This document shows, piece by piece, positions 26,802 through 32,000 of a stretch of 32,000 nt of DNA. The notes beneath the pieces were generated by a model that had not been told where the DNA came from, ran no database searches, and saw only the letters and a list, made by a program, of their open reading frames with translations. A program made the translations under genes and the position numbers. The DNA is from Candidatus Kuenenia stuttgartensis. Its GTDB lineage: Bacteria > Planctomycetota > Brocadiia > Brocadiales > Brocadiaceae. The stretch lies in contig NZ_LT934425.1 in NCBI RefSeq assembly GCF_900232105.1, positions 3,060,001-3,092,000 on the forward strand. Reading direction: 5' to 3'. The number at the start of each line of letters is the position of its first letter. Position 1 is the stretch's first letter.

Positions 26802-27983
26802 ATGAATACGCAAGAAATCCAAAAAATTTATGAACGCTACGTTATTCCCAATTACATAAGAAATCCGATATTGCTGGTAAAGGGGAATGGTGTGGAAATA
26901 TGGGACGCTGAAGGCAAACGTTACCTTGATCTTTTTTCAGGTTGGGCTGTCAGTCTCCTTGGGCATTGCCATCCCGCGACGGTAAAAGCCATTCAAAACC
27001 AGGCGGCAAAACTGCAGCATGCTCCGAACATTTATTACACTGAGCCGCAGGGCATGCTGGCAAAATATATCTCTGAAAAATCGTTTGGAGGGCAATGCTT
27101 TTTTTGTAACAGCGGTGCAGAGGCAAACGAAGCGGCTATTAAACTTGCACGTATTCATAACTCTGCGAGGGGAAAATACAAAATCATTACCTTCTCCGAC
27201 TCATTCCACGGCAGGACGATTGCCACGGTAACGGCAACTGCACAACCAAAATATCAGAAGGGGTTTGCGCCGCTTGTTGAAGGGTTCTCCTATGTTCCTT
27301 TTAATGACACGGAAGCATTACGAAATGCCATTGACGACAAGACCTGTGCAATCATGTTGGAAACAATTCAGGGAGAGGGCGGTATTAACATAGCGACAAA
27401 TGGATTTTTGAAGGATATAAGAAATATTTGCAATGAAAAAGGATTGCTGCTAATCCTCGATGAAGTACAATGCGGGATGGGAAGAACGGGCAAATACTTT
27501 GCTTATCAACATTATGGCATTGAGCCGGACATTATGACATTGGCAAAGGCGCTGGGCGGCGGAGTCGCAATCGGGGCTATGACGGCAAAAAAAGAAGTAG
27601 CCAAAGACCTTGTACCGGGCAGCCATGCTTCCACCTTTGGAGGAAACCCCCTCGCATGTGCAGCAGGAGTCGCTGTGTTTGAAACCATTGAGAAAGAAAA
27701 CCTGCTGGATAATACAAAAAAGATGGGGGAATACGCCATGGAACAATTGCGCTCGCTCAAAACACAATGCAATATTATTAAAGAAATACGCGGCGTAGGT
27801 CTTATGATAGGAATTGAACTCGCGATAAACGGAAGTACTATCATCAAAGATTGCATTCAGGCGGGTCTGTTTCTCAACTGTACCCATGACACGGTTATCC
27901 GGTTTATGCCCCCTCTCAACGTAAAAAAAGAAAACATCGATGAGGGGTTGGGTATTTTAAAATCAGTCCTCTCAAACTATTAA
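26802..27983 (+). CDS. argD: Acetylornithine aminotransferase
   Basis: NYIRNPILLVKGNGVEIWDAEGKRYLDLFSGWAV, FFCNSGAEANEAAIKLAR, LILDEVQCGMGRTGKYFAYQHYGIEPDIMTLAKALGGG. Confidence 0.95.
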   Translation: MNTQEIQKIYERYVIPNYIRNPILLVKGNGVEIWDAEGKRYLDLFSGWAVSLLGHCHPATVKAIQNQAAKLQHAPNIYYTEPQGMLAKYISEKSFGGQCFFCNSGAEANEAAIKLARIHNSARGKYKIITFSDSFHGRTIATVTATAQPKYQKGFAPLVEGFSYVPFNDTEALRNAIDDKTCAIMLETIQGEGGINIATNGFLKDIRNICNEKGLLLILDEVQCGMGRTGKYFAYQHYGIEPDIMTLAKALGGGVAIGAMTAKKEVAKDLVPGSHASTFGGNPLACAAGVAVFETIEKENLLDNTKKMGEYAMEQLRSLKTQCNIIKEIRGVGLMIGIELAINGSTIIKDCIQAGLFLNCTHDTVIRFMPPLNVKKENIDEGLGILKSVLSNY

Positions 27984-27984
27984 T

Positions 27985-28923
27985 GTGTCAAAATATTTTA
28001 TGAAAAACAAAGATTTAATTTCTATTGCCGACCTGTCGCGACCTGAGATCGAGGAGATTTTTCAGGTTACAAAAGAGTTGAAAGACCTGCACATAAAGGG
28101 TGTTGAGGAAAAATGCCTGAGCGGAAAAATTCTCGGGCTTATCTTTGAGAAAAGTTCCATGCGCACACGGGTATCCCTGGAAGTGGCAATTGTGCAATTG
28201 GGCGGTTATGCCATCTATCAGACGCAGACTGAAATCAATCTCGGCAAAAGAGAGGCAATTAAAGATGTAGCAAAAGTGTTGTCACGTTATTTAAACGGGA
28301 TAGCGATCCGCACATTTGGGCATGACACGGTGCAGGAATTGGCAAAATACGCAACTATTCCCATCATAAATGCCTTAACGGATCTTTACCACCCGTGCCA
28401 AGCGCTCACTGATGTATATACGATTCTGGAAAAATTCAAGACACTGGAGAATATAAAGATAGTTTTTATCGGAGACGGAAACAACGTTGCAAAATCTCTT
28501 GCGCAAACCTGCATAAAATTAGATATAGATTTCCACATTGCATCTCCAAAAGGCTACGAATTCGATGCGGATTTCATTTCGGAACTGAAACACATGGCGA
28601 ACGGAAAAAATCTGATTCACCTTTACCGGAATCCTGAAGAAGCGGCAGAGAACGCAAACGTTATTTATACAGATACATGGACCAGCATGGGACAGGAAGC
28701 TGAAGCAGAAATACGCAGACAGGTTTTTAAAAATTATCAGGTCAATGCTGCGCTTTTGAAAAAATGCGCAGACAATGTCAAGGTAATGCACTGCCTGCCT
28801 GCCCATAGGGGAGAAGAAATTACCGATGAGGTGATTGATGGCAAATGTTCGGTCGTATATGATCAGGCTGAAAACAGACTACACGTTGAAAAGGCAATTT
28901 TAAAACTTTTATTAGTCAGATAA
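27985..28923 (+). CDS. argF: Ornithine carbamoyltransferase
   Basis: [44 protein letters not shown]. Confidence 0.96.
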   Translation: MSKYFMKNKDLISIADLSRPEIEEIFQVTKELKDLHIKGVEEKCLSGKILGLIFEKSSMRTRVSLEVAIVQLGGYAIYQTQTEINLGKREAIKDVAKVLSRYLNGIAIRTFGHDTVQELAKYATIPIINALTDLYHPCQALTDVYTILEKFKTLENIKIVFIGDGNNVAKSLAQTCIKLDIDFHIASPKGYEFDADFISELKHMANGKNLIHLYRNPEEAAENANVIYTDTWTSMGQEAEAEIRRQVFKNYQVNAALLKKCADNVKVMHCLPAHRGEEITDEVIDGKCSVVYDQAENRLHVEKAILKLLLVR

Positions 28924-28927
28924 AACC

Positions 28928-29644
28928 ATGAGAGTTGACAACCGCAAATACGATGAATTACGCCCTGTTACCATCACAAGAAATTTTACCAAATATTCTG
29001 CCGGGTCTATTCTTGTAGCATCTGGCAATACAAAAGTTATTTGTACTGCTTCAATAGAAGAATACGTGCCGCCACACATTAAAAACACCGGCACAGGATG
29101 GATTACCGCTGAATATTCGCTATTGCCTGGCGCAACGCCTTCCAGGGTGCCAAGAGAATCCACAAAAGGAAAGATATCCGGAAGAACGCACGAAATTCAA
29201 CGCCTTATAGGCCGCTCTTTACGGGCAATCTGCGATCTTGCCCTGTTAAAGGAACGAACGATCTGGATCGATTGTGACGTAATTCAGGCTGACGGAGGTA
29301 CCCGCACTGCGGCAATTACAGGGGGCTATATCGCATTGGCAGACGCGGTTCAATGGTTAATCGATAAAAATGTTATAAAGGAAAATCCCCTCATCAATAG
29401 TGTCGCAGCCATAAGCGCAGGAATTGTAAATAATATCGCATTGCTGGATCTGTGCTATGCAGAGGATGCCTCTGCGCAGGTAGACATGAACTTTGTAATG
29501 ACCGGCAGTGGAAAATATATTGAAGTACAGGGCACAGGCGAAGAATACGCCTTTGATGAAGATCAATTAGCAAAAATGCTCACATTAGCCCGTAAAGGAA
29601 TTTGTGAGATAACTGAAATTCAAAAAAAGGCATTGGGAACGTAA
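28928..29644 (+). CDS. rph: Ribonuclease PH
   Basis: [54 protein letters not shown]. Confidence 0.96.
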   Translation: MRVDNRKYDELRPVTITRNFTKYSAGSILVASGNTKVICTASIEEYVPPHIKNTGTGWITAEYSLLPGATPSRVPRESTKGKISGRTHEIQRLIGRSLRAICDLALLKERTIWIDCDVIQADGGTRTAAITGGYIALADAVQWLIDKNVIKENPLINSVAAISAGIVNNIALLDLCYAEDASAQVDMNFVMTGSGKYIEVQGTGEEYAFDEDQLAKMLTLARKGICEITEIQKKALGT

Positions 29645-29732
29645 TAAACACGTTATAATTCATTGGAAAAGAAATGTGGTGCTTTTACGGTTGGTTACCA
29701 TTTAATAATACGAAGAAGCGCAGGAGGTTGAA

Positions 29733-30374
29733 ATGGGTTCATATGTAAACGAGATTCATTCAAAGACAATTGTTATTGCCACGCAAAATAAGAAGAAAAA
29801 AGAGGAAATATTAGCTATCGCAGGAAACATTCCGGGCATTATTTTTCGCGGTACCGAAGATTTCCCTTTTATTCCCGTGGTGGAAGAAGACGGTAGAACC
29901 TTTAGGGACAATGCGATTAAAAAAGCAACCACCCTGGCAAAGGCATGTAATACATGGGCAATGGCTGATGATTCGGGACTTGAAATACGGGCGTTAAATG
30001 GACGTCCTGGCGTTCTTTCAAACAGGTATGCAGGCCCTGGCGCCACAGACGAAGCAAATATCCAAAAAGTACTCTCTGAATTATATAACTTTACCGAAGA
30101 AAAACGTGCTGCCCGATTTGTCTGTTCCATTGCACTGGCAAGTCCGCACGAATTACTATTTGTGGTAGAAGATTACTGCGAAGGATTCATCGCAAAAGAA
30201 CCAAGAGGTTCCGGGGGTTTTGGGTACGATCCTGTTTTTTTCGTACCATATTACAATCAGACACTTGCAGAGCTTTCCCAATTTTCAACATCGGTTAAGA
30301 ATAAAATCAGCCATCGGGCAAAGGCATTGCAACAATTTAATGAACGCATAATCCCCCTTTTGCGCAGTAGATAA
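29733..30374 (+). CDS. rdgB: RdgB/HAM1-family XTP/dITP pyrophosphatase
   Basis: IATQNKKKKEEI, EDGRTFRDNAIKKA, MADDSGLEI, GRPGVLSNRYAG, GSGGFGYDPVF. Confidence 0.94.
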   Translation: MGSYVNEIHSKTIVIATQNKKKKEEILAIAGNIPGIIFRGTEDFPFIPVVEEDGRTFRDNAIKKATTLAKACNTWAMADDSGLEIRALNGRPGVLSNRYAGPGATDEANIQKVLSELYNFTEEKRAARFVCSIALASPHELLFVVEDYCEGFIAKEPRGSGGFGYDPVFFVPYYNQTLAELSQFSTSVKNKISHRAKALQQFNERIIPLLRSR

Positions 30375-30507
30375 TATAAGGGACTTGGAATTTATTATTC
30401 CGTAGCAGTCAACAGTCAACGGTCGGCAATCGGCAAATTGCAGACTGTTGACTGTTGATTGAGAACAAAAACAAAGAAATTACCTATAAGGGACTAACAA
30501 CCTGATT

Positions 30508-31299
30508 TCAACCCTGAATTCCTTTCCAATACCGGTCCACAAATGACTGGATTTGACTGATCACCCCTTCCTGCCTTACCGGTTGAAAGAGATGTGCAAA
30601 TCTTCCCTGTTCCCTCAAATATTCTTCAACCGGTTTAAATTTTTGGGGGATAATCGTATGGCTTATTTCGCCATAAACAGCCTCTTTCAATGCCCAAACG
30701 CCAGTATCAACCGCAAGCTTCGCAAGTTTTGCTGAATGTGACGGGTCGGTATGCCAGCCCGGAGGACATGGAGAAAGATTAATAAACAATTTTGGCCCTT
30801 TATAGTGTTTTGCCTTTTCAAATTTATTTATCAAATCCACCGGATGGGCGGGAGAAATAGTTGCAAGATACGGAGGTTTATGGCTTCTCCATATCTCAAA
30901 AAGATCCTTCTTATAAAATAACTCTCCCAACGGATTCATTTTCCCTGCCGGGGTAGTGCGCGTATTGGAAGCAAATGGCGTTGCTCCCGAAGATTGAAAA
31001 CCGGTGTTGCCATATGCCTCATTATCGGAACACAGGTAATAAAAATCTACATTCCTATAAAGAGCGCCGGAAGTAGATGCGAGTCCAATATCATACGCAA
31101 CACCATCTCCTGTTAATACGACTACCTTCAAATCTTCATCGGGATTTAACCTTCCCTTTTTTATCAAAATATCAAGGGCGTCCCTTATCCCTTGTGCCCC
31201 GGCAGGGGCGCATGCCATTGCCGTATAAAGCCACGAACTCCTGAACGGCGTGTAAGGATAGACAGACAAAAGGTATCTATTCAGCGTATTTTCACCCAC
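30508..31299 (-). pseudogene. porB: 2-oxoacid:ferredoxin oxidoreductase beta subunit (PorB-like), apparently 5'-truncated next to IS66
   Basis: LTGDGVAYDIGLASTSGALYRNVDFYYLCSDNEAYGNTGFQSSGATPF (TPP-binding region); the N-terminal part expected for PorB is missing and IS66 DNA abuts. Confidence 0.75.
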
Positions 31300-31304
31300 T
31301 GTCG

Positions 31305-32000
31305 CTACGAGCTAGCAAAATCAGGCAATTCGCCACGGAATAGCATCTGTAATGCCCGGCTCAAATTTACACCTTGTTTTCGACAGGTCGAGAGATAACT
31401 CCGAATGCGGCAGAAAATTTTCGCTCCCTCCAAAGAACGAAAACAGCCAGATATCTTCTGCTGAACCTTCGTCATCCTGATATCGTTTTCTGCCAAATTG
31501 TTCGTAAAGGGAACATTTTTATTGTCCATAAACCTCAACACATCACCCTCATACGTCCTCAATCGTTCCAGAAGATTCCGTGCCTTTGTCCTTTTTACCC
31601 TCCCCCTTTTTCCCTTACGGTTCGTTTCATCAGGAGGAGGGCTTTCGGCTTCTGCGTTTTGGAGTATCTTCCTATACCTTTGCCGGTATTTTTCTGACTC
31701 ATCAGTTCCCAGCATTCCCCCGGCATCACTCGTCGCACGGTTTATCTCTTTAAGTAATGCTTTCATCTCTTTCGCCCACTCCTGCTTATTATCATCTTCC
31801 CACACACCATCCAATTCCCTCAAGTGGTGTGCATTACACAACGCATGCGTACAGTTGCTATAGGTGTAATACGACTTCAAATGGTCGTGGCAAAGAATCC
31901 CCTTAAATTCAGGTAATATCCCGATACTATTTATCGCTTCTGTTCCACGTCTTTCATGCGGGAAAAAGTACGTCCACAAACTATTGGATGCACTGTGCAA
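31305..32000 (-). CDS. IS66-family transposase, C-terminal part, continuing past the window edge
   Basis: HDHLKSYYTYSNCTHALCNAHHLREL, NKNVPFTNNLAENDIRMTKVQQKISGCFRSLEGAKIFCRIRSYLSTCRKQG. Confidence 0.93.
   Translation of the reverse strand: MHSASNSLWTYFFPHERRGTEAINSIGILPEFKGILCHDHLKSYYTYSNCTHALCNAHHLRELDGVWEDDNKQEWAKEMKALLKEINRATSDAGGMLGTDESEKYRQRYRKILQNAEAESPPPDETNRKGKRGRVKRTKARNLLERLRTYEGDVLRFMDNKNVPFTNNLAENDIRMTKVQQKISGCFRSLEGAKIFCRIRSYLSTCRKQGVNLSRALQMLFRGELPDFASS

Overview
Chromosomal window whose gene content (TIGR04137-like small basic protein, repeat-rich intergenic DNA) suggests an anammox-type planctomycete; this taxonomic guess is inference. Backbone genes: GT39-like glycosyltransferase, aminotransferase, small basic protein, SPOR-like membrane protein, ligA, tldD, two tandem PilT-type ATPases, argB-argD-argF-rph-rdgB, and a porB-like gene abutting an IS66 element. 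The left edge carries IS630, IS1634 and MITE-like DNA. The main discovery candidate is the minus-strand accessory island at about 14.7-25.0 kb between the pilT-like genes and argB. It reads as an integron-like cassette array without an intact integrase. Evidence: at least three convincing attC-like sites (15237-15296, 18851-18980, 22964-23093); four relic 3' ends of an integron integrase (TTIYTHVLGKGGYGV* or TMIYTHVLNK.GHGV.SPVDRL*), each followed by a conserved putative attI whose copies diverge right after ATCATTGTT; and cargo made largely of defence and toxin-antitoxin modules (HicAB x3, an ApeA-like HEPN protein, a Panacea-domain protein with a partner, DUF433/DUF5615, a DnaQ-BRCT fusion). 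The array also holds an apparently ORF-less group II intron remnant with a canonical domain V, plus several palindromic or MITE-like repeats.
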